A stretch of DNA of 64,000 nucleotides from a virus (IMGVR_UViG_3300032257_000008:1-64000), one strand, 5' to 3'; shown: positions 45,098 through 56,451, counted from the stretch's first letter. Made by a program: numbers and translations. The notes: a model not told the origin generated them from the letters alone.

Positions 45098-45268
45098 ATG
45101 ATTTGGGATATTATCAAGACAGCTATAGTAGTTGTAGTAATTCTAGCTTTATGGGTGATAATCCCTTTTCTAATAATTACTGTAACTACAGCTGTTATCG
45201 CATTTGTAGTTTATAAAGTTTTATCTGAACACCGGAAGTATCTTAAAGATCATCCCGATGCCAGGTAA
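45098..45268 (+). CDS. 56-aa membrane protein, not in ORF track
   Basis: MIWDIIKTAIVVVVILALWVIIPFLIITVTTAVIAFVVYK..., stop abuts the vRNAP stop. Confidence 0.7.
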   Translation: MIWDIIKTAIVVVVILALWVIIPFLIITVTTAVIAFVVYKVLSEHRKYLKDHPDAR

Positions 45269-48200
45269 TTATTGAACTACTCCATCCAGTAGTTCGTAGC
45301 CTCCAAGGTATGTAGCTGAATCAATCACATCCAATGGGGTGTTAAGTCTCCCTATGATGCTTGAGGTGATCAAGTTTGAATCAGCGATATCTGATACGTC
45401 CCCGAACATTTCTTGTAGAGAATATACTGCAAGGGATGTTGCGGGTTTTTCTTTAAAGTTTTTAAAGATTACTTTCTGAATTCTGAATAAGAATTTAGTA
45501 AACATTAGTAAACCTACATCATTGATATACTGCATTTCTCTACCAGTTGGTATGTCATAGTTTACAAATGTCTCAATAATATCTGCTAACGCTTCATCTT
45601 TAGGCATCTTATTAGTATTAATATTATGTTGATACAAAGCGTAACGTGCAATGAAATCACTATACTGTGTACCACGTAATAATAATTTATAAGCTGCAGT
45701 ATCATGAGTCATATAAACTTGCTTATAACTATCAATACCCAGACCAGGTATCTTATCGATAATTGGTTGAGCTTTACGTAGTAGTTGCTCCTTCTGACCA
45801 TATATAGATTCATCAACATTTACATCTTCAGTAATACTTTGGAATATGCCCTCATCAACTAATTCTTTAACAGGGTTATTCTTAATATTATCTTTAAGCT
45901 GTGCTACTTCTGCTTCCATAGATTTACGTTGACCAGGTGAGAGATCATAAGTTTTTAATCTACGCTCTAAACCATTCTTTTCTTTTACCTCAGTCATGAA
46001 ATCATTAAGTGCACGTAGTGCTAGTGATTGTTGCTTAACAATATCACTTAATGGAACACCTTTAACATATAGTAATAAGTTGTTACTGTTAATATTACCT
46101 AGTAATACAACACCAGACTTAATAACAATATTGTCTTTAGCAACACTAACAACTTCTTGTAATGTCTGTCCAAATTTACCTGAGAAGTTATTAATATTAA
46201 AGAAAGTACTCGCAATACCATTTATTAACTGTGCAGTATGCTTACCAGCTTCTTTACCAAATAACTTAAACTCCTCAAGTGAATACTTACGATATCCAAA
46301 AATCAGATCCACAAGTTCTTCACGAACAACCATATTATTTTCACCCCAGATTGCCTTAAGATCTTTTTTCATCTGATCAGGCATCATGTTGTAAATTTCT
46401 TTATAGCGTTCATCCTTACTATCTTCACCAATTTTTACAAATCCAGCTGGGTCCTCAGCAAATCCCTCAATATAATCTTCTCGAGCTAATTTAAGTACAT
46501 TACGATTTACTTCTACAGTGTTAGCTTTATCTACAATACTGCCATACATCTTACCCATGATTACATCAAAGCGATCATCCTTCTCCAGTAATTTAACCTT
46601 ATTGGTTTCAGACATCATGTACCGGTAGCCAACAGTTGCACCTTTATCATTAGTGATAGGTACCAGAGTTCCATACCGTTTACGTCTGCTTTTATTTGGT
46701 TTAGTCACATCTGGGTTAGCAAACTGAGCATCTATTCTATTCTCAGCTGCATCCATTACTTTATTACGGTCTAATAATGCATCCAGAGTAGCAGTACTAT
46801 CACCTTCATTTATGTAAGCATCAGCCAGGGTAGTACCTTTTACTTTACGGTCTGTGAGTGAAGCAATTGATTTCAAATATGTATCTGTCGATTGATTCTT
46901 AGATATATAAAGTACGGATGTGTTCGTATTCGGGTCCATCTCAGATTTCTTAAGTTCCGATACCGGTGTGAATCCCTCGAGGGCGAGAGTTGCCTCATCA
47001 TCTTTAGTGCCAACTCGTATTGTTGTGTTTGGATTAAAGATTTCATGAGTATATCCTTTTATCATAAGCCCCTTTTTACCACTAAATATTCGATTTAAGG
47101 CATTTTCTTTAAATCCTTTATGGAAGTTCAAAGTCATCAAAATTCCATTATCAGTAGAATCTGCCGCATACTCAGCACGTATTACCCGGGCAGCTGCATT
47201 CTTATTTCCATTCTCTGTGAAATCTAATGCATATAACGTAGCTAATTGGTCTATAAGCTGTTCTGCAAGCTTAGTGTCCCCATTGGGTGTACGTTCCCCT
47301 AAACTCGTCATATTGGCTATATTGTGGGCATTGAGCATCTGTGTAGCATCTGCTTCAGTTGTGCCCTGTGCCATGAGCTCACCTAATCCTCTAGCCTGAT
47401 TAATATAATAATTAGCACTGTTGCCAAAAGTAGTATCCAACTGAAGTTTAGTATCACTGATAGCGTCATTTAGTTTCACCTGATTTTCCATTAGGTCTAT
47501 TACATCATTAATATCCATACCACCCTCTAACAGGGTCACCAGGTCAGTTTTCAATACAGCACGGTTAATTGCCGCACTATCCTGCTCTGTGTACTCTGTG
47601 TGGAACGTATTGATGATCTGAGCTGTTATCTCTTCAGCTTCATGGCGTCGCGCCTGGTCAATGTATTTCTTAGAATAACGCAGCATTGAGTGCCACTTAA
47701 TATTATTCTTAGTAGTACCTACACCTTCCCGAACCAACTTAACTAACATACTGTCCTCCGCAATCTTAAGATTACGTGATACAGCTTTGACTGCTTTACC
47801 AAAATTTTCTGCAGTAGCAGATACCGGTAGGCCTGTAATAGTTTTTAGAGCTCTACCCGTAATAGATTTACTATCTTTCAAACGTTCATTATGGAATTTA
47901 ATGATTGGCTGGAAAATCAGATTATTTAAATGATTCTTCAGTTCTTCATTGTATCCCTGCAGTATATCCAGCTTTTTGTATAGAGCTGTACGATTCTTAG
48001 TATGAATACCGGTCATCTCTTCAACCAGACGTACTAATGCCTGATCTGCTTTCAGACCCTGGGTGCCATAGAATCTACCACTTAACCAGTCCAGTAATTT
48101 TAAGAAGGCTGCTTCCAGTCTTTCTTTTAGGGATCCGTGTTTAGTATCTCGTTGAGGTCCTGCCTCTACTTGTGATAATTTTTTAAGTAGCTGCTGATTG

Positions 48201-51200
48201 GTGAGTCCGTGAGCCACAAATTCATGAAGGAAGTTATTACTCGACTCACGAATTGTATGACCAGTCTTAGGATCAACTTTAGTTGTTTCAGTTTGCTGTG
48301 TATTCTCGAATATATACTCATAACGAGCCTTAGCAGCTGCTTCTTCTGCTTGTTGATTAACAGCAATAATAATATTGCCTTGAGCATCCCGGGCCATAAA
48401 ATCTTCCCAGGTAATTACTTTCTTCGCTTCACGGAATACTTTTAATAGTTCCTTACGAATATTAAAGTTACCATCAACACCTTCACGGGTAATAGCATGC
48501 ACTAACTCATGTACATACGTTTCCTGCGCACTCATCTGTGTAGCGTTACCAACATTACCAATAGCTGAGTTGATATAAACCTTATTACCTTTTATGGCAC
48601 CGTAGGTAACATCACCATCTTCTTTAAGTTTAAGTTCTAATTCCTGGGCCGGGTTTAATACACGGTTAACCAAATCAGTTAGTAAACTCTTAAGATGAGT
48701 AGTATGTGTCTGTGGATCTTTAACATTACCTAAGTTCTTAAGTTCATTAAATACTGTAACAGTGTTCTGAGATGTGATATCACGCTCAAAAGTACTATTA
48801 AAGTTATCAAAATCAATCGCATCCGGAATGGACTGTAATAATTTATCGATAGCCTCCTGAATCTCAGATTCAGTCGGAGCTTCCACAGGCGCATTATGAG
48901 TGTACGTAGCACCCGGGTGAGGCATTTGAGCTACATTAATTGGCCCAGTAAATAACTTATCTCGATTTTCTTTTGAAACTGATACTTCAGTAGATAAATC
49001 AGCAGTAAGTTCTTCAATAGAACGCCCCTGGGTACCAGCAGAATAATCCAATTGTACCTGCGTATTGAATGCGCTATAAGCAGCTGGGTCTTCCAGACGG
49101 AACTGAGCCATAGAATCTACAAAGGCTTCATGTACTGCTTCCAAAATAGAGTATTGCTCATTGACATCAATCCAAGATTTGTTAAATGCAGTAGTAGCGT
49201 CAACCACATCATCTAGTTTGTAATAGCCGGCATCAAATACATTTAGAGCATCGAAATTTTTAAGCATACCCTGTATGACTGCACTATCGATCGAATGGAT
49301 CGCTAGGATCATAGGCGCCACACCACCATCTTTATACTCACGCTGAGACACAGTACCAGTAACCTGTTTAGTGCCCTCACCAGTGTTAATATTTAGGGTG
49401 TTTTTAACAGGTTCATTATAAACCTGAGTAACCTGGTTATCCTCGGTATAAGTTCTGGATAACACAGTCTTCATACCAAGAATACCTTCCTGACGATTCT
49501 CAGATAATGGCCCTTTAAACGTAGGTTGGTATGCTTGTAACTCTTCAGCTACAGCTTTCTTTTGGTTCTCAGTAAGAGCTTTACCATTATTATCAACAAC
49601 AGCTTGTTCAACCCGGGCATCATAAAGTTGTTTAAATACATTAAACATTACCTTCATGGTGTCATTTACAGTTTTACGGTATACAACGAAATCCCCGAAT
49701 TGCTCATCTAATGCTGCTTTTAAAGCAACACCATATGTATCGGTGACTTTACCCTTAATGAGATTAATTTGTTCTGAAGAAAGCTCAAAATTCAATGCTT
49801 TCTGACCACCAGGAATAGCATTTAATAATTGGCGAGCAACATCTTTATCGCTGATTCCTAGCAATCCATTTAGAGTTGTCTGAACTACTTTTAATTTATC
49901 TGGATCATTACGATGTTTCATAACGTCAGAATAAATTAATTTAATAATATCATTACTAAACTCTTCAATTACTTTATCTACAGCTGAACCATAGTTAGTA
50001 ATCATCAAAGGGTTCTTACTTAAGTTACGAGCTGTCTTTGCTACAATTTCATTCTTAGCATCTGACAGGAAAGAGCCCACTAATTTATTAACTGCAGCTG
50101 CATCTTTACGATTATCTACCTGCTGTAACATTTTACGCCAGCCAATAGCTAAACGCTCATAACTATCTTTACCACCTTCATCTTTGTACTGGCCATAGTC
50201 AACCATAGTTAAATCAGTAAATACTCCACCAGCATTTAACTTAGCAAGATCGTCAGCACCGGTCATAGCCTGGATAGTACCAATAATTATTCCACTGGTT
50301 TTACCATCAGTCTCATTTGCCAGGTTAGTAGTAAATGGTTTAGTTGGGTGGTATTGAGTTAATGCTATTAAAGCATCAAGCGTATGCATACCTTCCCCAC
50401 CATGAGAAATAGCATCTTTAATTAACTGCTTATGTTCAGCTGTACCATTACCTTCCTGTACTGCTTTAAGTGCTTCAACACCTGCTTGTACAGTTTCATT
50501 ATTTATTAGTAATTCAACTTCTAATAAAGTTTTAAGGGCCGGCTGTGAATCTACATCTAAACCAAAAGCTAAACCAATAGCATAACGGAACTCATCCCGG
50601 AGCTCTGCAGTATCGATTGTAGTTTCCCAGGCTTTAGCACCAAATACATGGCGGTGTATTTTACTTTTCTGTAAAGAGATCGTGTTACTGGTATCACCAA
50701 TACGACCATTTTTCCAAGCTTCATACTGGAAATATACTGATTTAGTTAAATCATCAGCATGCTCTTCTTGAAAATTAAATATGTGCCCAATCTCACGCTC
50801 GAGAGCTTCGTTCTTACCTATAGCGTTATCCTGCTCAGAGATATGAACTGTGTTTTCAATATCATTGTTGTAACCATTAATTTCTAATAGGTCTGCTTCC
50901 CCTAAGAAATCAATTACATCAAACATATTTTGTTTAGCAGACCACTCGACTGCTTGCATTTTAACTATTGTGTCCTGAACATCCTTAGGTACATTTTGGT
51001 TAGTACCTTTTTGTTTCTTAGGTGCATGCGTAGATTTCTCAGTAAGTGGTTTGACTTCATATGATTCGACCCCAAATAATGATTCAAGCAAACCTTTACC
51101 ATCTTTTAAACTATCACGAATATAAGTGATCTTTTTAGATGGGTATAAACGATTAAGTTCAGCTTTACCTGACTTCGGATTTATTTTTGTATTATTTACT

Positions 51201-54200
51201 TTTATAAAATTAGATTTAGATTCGTTATTTTCAGAGATACCTTTAAACTCATCTGCTTCAATTGTTTTTTGACTTACAAAATCATTATTCAACATAGCAG
51301 TAATAGCTAACTCACCTAGAGATAACTTTAATCTTGCTTCTAATTTACCGTCAGTAGTTACTTTAGTTTGTAACCCAAGCTGCTTATAAATATCATTACC
51401 AAGTAACTCCGCTAAACTATTACGAGGTGTTCCTGCATGTTGTAATAACTCTCGCTCGTCAGGTGTAATGTCTATATTATCTTCATATCGAAGTATTTTA
51501 CGAATTGCTTCGTCATCATTAAATAGTGTACGACTACCTTGAGTACCTAACCAATTATAAGAACTGATAGCTGCAGCACTTAGTAAGTTTTTGTTAAGTG
51601 TACGGTTACCATCCAGATCCACTTGGATCAGATAACCTAACGGATCTTTAACTAAATCTTCATCATAAACTAATGAGTTCTTAACTAAGAACTTAAGTAA
51701 TGGTTTAGTAGCTTTATCCCCTAAAACCGTATTAGTAAATAAAGTATTGAATTTCTGAAGCCCAGTGAGCGTAGCGGTCTGGGGTTCAGATAATTCACTT
51801 AACTTATTAGTAACTTTATCACTAGTTAAATTATTAAATAAATCAGGCACTACATTAAGTAGTCCTGTTAGTTTCTTAGTACTACGTTGTAATAAACTAT
51901 CACTGGTATGCTTATAATCTTCATCAGATAATTTTTGTTTAGTAGCTTTTAAGCCGTTCACTAAAATAGATTCAGCAATAGCACTTTCTGCACTGAACTC
52001 TACTGTCTTGTCAGTCTCTGAGTCACGTAATTTTTTGACTTCAGATTTAATCCAAGTTTCAGCGTCCTTACTAAGGGTCGTTTTACTCTCAGCATTTAAT
52101 ACATCCTCCAGACGTTTAATTATCTTCTGACGATGAGCATGTGCTGCAGGATTAGATAATTCCAGTCCAGCTAACTCATCACGGTAATTACCCACCTTAT
52201 TATCAGTAGGTGCTGTAGTTTCTTCAGTAGTACCTGTAACTCTACTTGCTTTAGTCTTCTCAGATCTACGTGTAACAGACGCAACAAATTGAGCCAAGTT
52301 ATCTGCAGCAGCAGCCGATACTTCCTCACCCTCAGCAATACGTTGAATTCTAGCTTCTACATTCGCACGTTTCTTAACTTGAGCTGGGGTAATATCTTTA
52401 TCTTCAATATTTTGTAAGCCGGCTAATATAGGAGCAGCATTACTTTTATTGATTCTATTTACCGGTAAATTTTCTGCAGCTTTTCTTTCCGGTAGGGGGT
52501 AGCCTTCATTATAAGCAGCCTGAGCTTTCTCTTTGGCTACTTTCAATCCAGCAATATCATTCTTAACAGCAGCAATAAATTTAGGAGTACGTGCATTAAT
52601 AAAATATGGTTTCTTACGGCCCGGCCAATCTACAGTAGTCTCACCAGTAATTTTTCCTGAGGAGTCTGTAATTGAAGCTACAGCAGTTTCCAATAAGTTT
52701 AATTTCTTTTCCTGGCTTGCCTGGAATGCAGATAATTCATTAATAGTACTTTTAGCTGTTTCAATATCTCCAGAATTCACTGCAGTTTGAACAGTTTCCA
52801 ATTGCTCTGTAATACCTTTAAAGCCTTCACTACCCTTAGCAATATCATTTGATACTTCAGAGAGTGTTTTAAGACTTTCTTTATATTGCTCCACCTGAGC
52901 AACTTGCTCTTTGGTAGCAACATCTTGGAATATTTTACTTTCTAAAATTGCATCAACTTCAGCTTCTGTAATCTCATTTGAAGTTTGCATAGACGCAAGT
53001 GTACGCTCTACAACTTTATCAGTAATAGAATCTGTTTCATTAGCAGCAGTAATAGTACGGACCGCTTCCTGAGTAGTTACACCATGCTCTTCTTTATCCT
53101 TAAGAGATTTATGTATCTTAAGCATATCTGTGTAAATTTCAGTATTACGATCATCTTCTTCTAAAGCTTTACTTTGCTCAGCTCCCTCTAATTTAGAGGT
53201 ACGATCAGATACTTCTATTAATGCAGTACGTAACTGGTTTAAGTGTTCTTTGCGTTTATCAGCAGATAACTCTGTAATATCTAAATTAGTTATTGTATTA
53301 ATAACTTTATCTGGATCATTACTTTCTACAGCTTCGGTAATAACAGCCTCTTTATCTTTATTAAGAGCACTCTTAAATTTATCAGTAGTAGAAGCTACTG
53401 CGTCTTTAGTAGTAATGCCAGCATCAATAGTTTTACCAATATTTTCTGGTAAATCTTTAACTGCTTGTGCACCGGTACCACCAACTACACCAGAACCTAA
53501 ACCAAGTGTTCCTGCCACATAAGCTTTTTTCTGTACGTCCTTATCAGTAAGTACATCTAAATCTTGTTGGCCACCTAACTCAGCCAGTATAGTTTGTGAG
53601 CCTTCTTCTATTGGTTCCGCTGCACCACCTTTTGCTCCTCGAGCAACGGTAGCTGTTAGCGGTATTTTATCTACAGTTTTAACACCTGCAGCTGCAGCTT
53701 TCATAGTAGTACTAACAATTGGATTTGCTGCTAAACTTTTTAAACTTTGGTTTACAGCTAAACCTAATGGGCCAGTACCTAATGCCTTATCGAATACTGG
53801 TTTGCCTAAAACAATTTTAGAAGCTGCGGTATCAATTAAAGTAGCAGCTACACTGGTACCAAGAATTGTTGCAGACTCTTCTGTATTTGGTTTACGACCA
53901 TACTTCTGCTCAAATATTTCTGTAGACTCTCGAGCATTTTCCCCAGTAATAGCAATAAAGGTAGCAGCACCCTGCATACCATTTTTAGCAAGAGCAACCA
54001 TCTGAGGTAATGATTGAGCAAATTGCTCTGCAGCAGCCACAGGATTATTTTTAGCAGTAACTAGCATGTTACCGACACCTTCAATAAATCCTTCACTATC
54101 TTCAAATGCTTGGCCAGCTTCAGCAGCAAATTGATTAACTTTAGTTTGGTTATAAAGAGGATCTGTTAATTCAGTGAAATCAGCATCATAACCATTTTGC

Positions 54201-54745
54201 TTACCAGCAAATAACTCTGTAGCTTTATCTACAACATCACCGGTACCTTCAGCAATTTTCTGAAGAGCAGAACCCTGGTATGCTTCATCCAAAGCTTCAT
54301 AGCCCGGGATATTTCTAGCCAGGGTGTCAAGACTTCCAATAGTTTTATCATACTGCTCAGAGATGAATTCCGGAGCTTCAGTAAAAGAATCTGCTAAGGC
54401 GCCTAAACCATGAACTAATGCTCCACCGACATTTACTGTTCCACCAACTAAGGTATCTGCAGTTTCGTCTGACATTAGAGCATCTGTATCAGAATGGCGA
54501 CTAATACCTTTAGCATCAGCTTCCAGTCCAACACGTTGGGTACGTAAATTTTTTATTTCATTAACGAGATTTTGACGACGAAGTTCATCCTCAGGAGAGA
54601 GGATACCTAAACTTTTTTGTTTACTCTTAGTAGCCGATTGAACACTATTGGCTTTATCATTAACTGTATTAGTTCTTGATACGTATTCTTCTAATGAATT
54701 TGTACCTTGCACTCGTGAGAGTGCATCAAATAGCTTAGTGCTCAT
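45269..54745 (-). CDS. Virion-encapsidated RNA polymerase (N4 gp50-like)
   Basis: 3158 aa with no Cys. Motifs NGRI, ETDGKTSG (A), RNLSKNPLMITNYGS (B), NVFDA (C). Confidence 0.95.
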   Translation of the reverse strand: MSTKLFDALSRVQGTNSLEEYVSRTNTVNDKANSVQSATKSKQKSLGILSPEDELRRQNLVNEIKNLRTQRVGLEADAKGISRHSDTDALMSDETADTLVGGTVNVGGALVHGLGALADSFTEAPEFISEQYDKTIGSLDTLARNIPGYEALDEAYQGSALQKIAEGTGDVVDKATELFAGKQNGYDADFTELTDPLYNQTKVNQFAAEAGQAFEDSEGFIEGVGNMLVTAKNNPVAAAEQFAQSLPQMVALAKNGMQGAATFIAITGENARESTEIFEQKYGRKPNTEESATILGTSVAATLIDTAASKIVLGKPVFDKALGTGPLGLAVNQSLKSLAANPIVSTTMKAAAAGVKTVDKIPLTATVARGAKGGAAEPIEEGSQTILAELGGQQDLDVLTDKDVQKKAYVAGTLGLGSGVVGGTGAQAVKDLPENIGKTIDAGITTKDAVASTTDKFKSALNKDKEAVITEAVESNDPDKVINTITNLDITELSADKRKEHLNQLRTALIEVSDRTSKLEGAEQSKALEEDDRNTEIYTDMLKIHKSLKDKEEHGVTTQEAVRTITAANETDSITDKVVERTLASMQTSNEITEAEVDAILESKIFQDVATKEQVAQVEQYKESLKTLSEVSNDIAKGSEGFKGITEQLETVQTAVNSGDIETAKSTINELSAFQASQEKKLNLLETAVASITDSSGKITGETTVDWPGRKKPYFINARTPKFIAAVKNDIAGLKVAKEKAQAAYNEGYPLPERKAAENLPVNRINKSNAAPILAGLQNIEDKDITPAQVKKRANVEARIQRIAEGEEVSAAAADNLAQFVASVTRRSEKTKASRVTGTTEETTAPTDNKVGNYRDELAGLELSNPAAHAHRQKIIKRLEDVLNAESKTTLSKDAETWIKSEVKKLRDSETDKTVEFSAESAIAESILVNGLKATKQKLSDEDYKHTSDSLLQRSTKKLTGLLNVVPDLFNNLTSDKVTNKLSELSEPQTATLTGLQKFNTLFTNTVLGDKATKPLLKFLVKNSLVYDEDLVKDPLGYLIQVDLDGNRTLNKNLLSAAAISSYNWLGTQGSRTLFNDDEAIRKILRYEDNIDITPDERELLQHAGTPRNSLAELLGNDIYKQLGLQTKVTTDGKLEARLKLSLGELAITAMLNNDFVSQKTIEADEFKGISENNESKSNFIKVNNTKINPKSGKAELNRLYPSKKITYIRDSLKDGKGLLESLFGVESYEVKPLTEKSTHAPKKQKGTNQNVPKDVQDTIVKMQAVEWSAKQNMFDVIDFLGEADLLEINGYNNDIENTVHISEQDNAIGKNEALEREIGHIFNFQEEHADDLTKSVYFQYEAWKNGRIGDTSNTISLQKSKIHRHVFGAKAWETTIDTAELRDEFRYAIGLAFGLDVDSQPALKTLLEVELLINNETVQAGVEALKAVQEGNGTAEHKQLIKDAISHGGEGMHTLDALIALTQYHPTKPFTTNLANETDGKTSGIIIGTIQAMTGADDLAKLNAGGVFTDLTMVDYGQYKDEGGKDSYERLAIGWRKMLQQVDNRKDAAAVNKLVGSFLSDAKNEIVAKTARNLSKNPLMITNYGSAVDKVIEEFSNDIIKLIYSDVMKHRNDPDKLKVVQTTLNGLLGISDKDVARQLLNAIPGGQKALNFELSSEQINLIKGKVTDTYGVALKAALDEQFGDFVVYRKTVNDTMKVMFNVFKQLYDARVEQAVVDNNGKALTENQKKAVAEELQAYQPTFKGPLSENRQEGILGMKTVLSRTYTEDNQVTQVYNEPVKNTLNINTGEGTKQVTGTVSQREYKDGGVAPMILAIHSIDSAVIQGMLKNFDALNVFDAGYYKLDDVVDATTAFNKSWIDVNEQYSILEAVHEAFVDSMAQFRLEDPAAYSAFNTQVQLDYSAGTQGRSIEELTADLSTEVSVSKENRDKLFTGPINVAQMPHPGATYTHNAPVEAPTESEIQEAIDKLLQSIPDAIDFDNFNSTFERDITSQNTVTVFNELKNLGNVKDPQTHTTHLKSLLTDLVNRVLNPAQELELKLKEDGDVTYGAIKGNKVYINSAIGNVGNATQMSAQETYVHELVHAITREGVDGNFNIRKELLKVFREAKKVITWEDFMARDAQGNIIIAVNQQAEEAAAKARYEYIFENTQQTETTKVDPKTGHTIRESSNNFLHEFVAHGLTNQQLLKKLSQVEAGPQRDTKHGSLKERLEAAFLKLLDWLSGRFYGTQGLKADQALVRLVEEMTGIHTKNRTALYKKLDILQGYNEELKNHLNNLIFQPIIKFHNERLKDSKSITGRALKTITGLPVSATAENFGKAVKAVSRNLKIAEDSMLVKLVREGVGTTKNNIKWHSMLRYSKKYIDQARRHEAEEITAQIINTFHTEYTEQDSAAINRAVLKTDLVTLLEGGMDINDVIDLMENQVKLNDAISDTKLQLDTTFGNSANYYINQARGLGELMAQGTTEADATQMLNAHNIANMTSLGERTPNGDTKLAEQLIDQLATLYALDFTENGNKNAAARVIRAEYAADSTDNGILMTLNFHKGFKENALNRIFSGKKGLMIKGYTHEIFNPNTTIRVGTKDDEATLALEGFTPVSELKKSEMDPNTNTSVLYISKNQSTDTYLKSIASLTDRKVKGTTLADAYINEGDSTATLDALLDRNKVMDAAENRIDAQFANPDVTKPNKSRRKRYGTLVPITNDKGATVGYRYMMSETNKVKLLEKDDRFDVIMGKMYGSIVDKANTVEVNRNVLKLAREDYIEGFAEDPAGFVKIGEDSKDERYKEIYNMMPDQMKKDLKAIWGENNMVVREELVDLIFGYRKYSLEEFKLFGKEAGKHTAQLINGIASTFFNINNFSGKFGQTLQEVVSVAKDNIVIKSGVVLLGNINSNNLLLYVKGVPLSDIVKQQSLALRALNDFMTEVKEKNGLERRLKTYDLSPGQRKSMEAEVAQLKDNIKNNPVKELVDEGIFQSITEDVNVDESIYGQKEQLLRKAQPIIDKIPGLGIDSYKQVYMTHDTAAYKLLLRGTQYSDFIARYALYQHNINTNKMPKDEALADIIETFVNYDIPTGREMQYINDVGLLMFTKFLFRIQKVIFKNFKEKPATSLAVYSLQEMFGDVSDIADSNLITSSIIGRLNTPLDVIDSATYLGGYELLDGVVQ

Positions 54746-54760
54746 ATAGCCTCTTAATTA

Positions 54761-55963
54761 TTATAGGGCGTTATTTATTTTATCAAGTTGTCTTTGTAAA
54801 ACAGCTTCCTGATTTATATTACTTTCTAAAGCTTTAGCGCCTGATAACTTATCGATTTCTTTATTAAAACCAGTTAAATCAAAATTACCTTGGAATGAAG
54901 ATTTAGAGAATTTACCTAGAGTATTCAATACAGAATCAACTGGAAGACCTTTACTAAATGCGTTATTTAATGCATTAAAAGCATCTTCTCTTTCTGTAGT
55001 ACCAAACCAATCGAAAGTATCATCTTCAATAACACTATTGATTAACGAAACACGTTTAGCTGGATCAGCAAACCCAGCTTGGAATTCTCCCCGCATAAGT
55101 TGTAATTTATCATCGATCTTAGCCTGACGTTCTGCTTTATTACGAGCAGCAGCTTCTTGCTTAGCTATACCGGTATCAGTTTTAAGTTTCTGTAATCCAG
55201 AAGTTACTTCACCAGATTTTAGGTACTTCTTAGTAAAGTTAAATAAGGAAGCTTGATCAATTTTACCATCTGCATCTTTCTTAATTTTTCCACTAGACAG
55301 TGCACGATCGATAATTTTATCATCAGTTAAGCCAAATGAATTACGTAACTGTTTAAAGTTAGCTGCTTCCTCAGCTGGACTTAGTTTATTATCTGCAACA
55401 TTCTGTTTATTAACACTAGTAAGAAATGCAAAAGTATCATCTAATGAGGATGTACCATCAACAATATTTTTAATAGCTGAGGTATTACTACTAATAATTC
55501 CAGCGTTAAACTCACGAATATTTCTTTGACGGTTATCTTCATTAACCGCACTTTGAGTTTGTTGGTTAGCTAAGCTAGCACGATTTAAATTATTCTCCCG
55601 GGAACTCTGTAAATAATCCCGTGTTAAGTCAGCATCAGATTTAGTTTGTAGTCTGTTACTAGCAGTATTTGCTGCCTTACTTAAACCAAGAAAATCTACA
55701 TTCGAACTCTTATCTAAACCAGCAATCTCATTAGTGATAGCCGCAATTTCATTTGCAGATTTAGCACCACTCAATCTTGTTAAGAACGGGTCTGTACCAG
55801 CTTTACGTTCAGCAGTGTCCTCTTCAACTTTAAGAGCTTGATAACTTTCAGCTGCTTTACCGAAATCATCGAAAGCTCTATTGAATACACTACCAGCATT
55901 CTTTAATGCAGCGGTACCAGCATTGGTATCACCGAATACATTTTTCCAAGTGGGATTAGCCAT
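54761..55963 (-). CDS. Internal virion/ejection protein (N4 gp51 position)
   Basis: 400 aa helical, Cys-free, directly upstream of vRNAP. Confidence 0.7.
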   Translation of the reverse strand: MANPTWKNVFGDTNAGTAALKNAGSVFNRAFDDFGKAAESYQALKVEEDTAERKAGTDPFLTRLSGAKSANEIAAITNEIAGLDKSSNVDFLGLSKAANTASNRLQTKSDADLTRDYLQSSRENNLNRASLANQQTQSAVNEDNRQRNIREFNAGIISSNTSAIKNIVDGTSSLDDTFAFLTSVNKQNVADNKLSPAEEAANFKQLRNSFGLTDDKIIDRALSSGKIKKDADGKIDQASLFNFTKKYLKSGEVTSGLQKLKTDTGIAKQEAAARNKAERQAKIDDKLQLMRGEFQAGFADPAKRVSLINSVIEDDTFDWFGTTEREDAFNALNNAFSKGLPVDSVLNTLGKFSKSSFQGNFDLTGFNKEIDKLSGAKALESNINQEAVLQRQLDKINNAL

Positions 55964-55973
55964 AATCTACTCC

Positions 55974-56414
55974 TTAAGCTGGTAGAATAGTACCAGATAC
56001 ACCAGCACCGGCTATATAAGCATCTACATCAGCTTGTGTTACTTGATTGCCTTGTGCCAATTGGTTATTACGCCATTGATTGCCCATTTGACTATTAATA
56101 GTCTGAGCTTGGTTAAATAGATTAGTACCATACTCAGCCTGAGCCTGATCAAATTGTTCATTACTAAGATCAAGATTTTCAAAGCCTAAATAAGTATTAG
56201 CTAAACCACTAAAAGCATTAATACCTGCTGTCCAAGGATTAATCTGGGTAGGGGTACTACCACCTATATTGAGTCCAGTATTGCCTGGCTGGTTAGTATT
56301 ACCTGGTCTCCAGTCCAAGAAGTTACCAGCATTACCAGGTGAACTAATATTAGTACCTGGTAAATTAGTATTAAATGTGCCATTTCCCCAATGAGAGAAT
56401 GAATTGCCGTTCAT
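55974..56414 (-). CDS. Small virion/ejection protein (N4 gp52-like)
   Basis: G/N/Q-rich, GINAFSGLANTYLG motif, synteny. Confidence 0.7.
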   Translation of the reverse strand: MNGNSFSHWGNGTFNTNLPGTNISSPGNAGNFLDWRPGNTNQPGNTGLNIGGSTPTQINPWTAGINAFSGLANTYLGFENLDLSNEQFDQAQAEYGTNLFNQAQTINSQMGNQWRNNQLAQGNQVTQADVDAYIAGAGVSGTILPA

Positions 56415-56442
56415 AAGAGCGTCCTCTTAGTAAGTTTTCAAT

Positions 56443-56451
56443 AGTATATCA
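56443..56451 (-). promoter_or_regulatory. Extended -10 promoter TG-A-TATACT
   Basis: In the intergenic gap upstream of the ejection-protein cluster. Confidence 0.45.

Noticed and set aside
10897-45268. CRISPR array or mini-array, or alternative genetic code
   Set aside because: No regularly spaced direct repeats. Long ORFs are intact in code 11 and use TAA, TAG and TGA as stops.
45996-54005. Short plus-strand and alternate-frame ORFs inside vRNAP
   Set aside because: Shadow ORFs without RBS or motifs.
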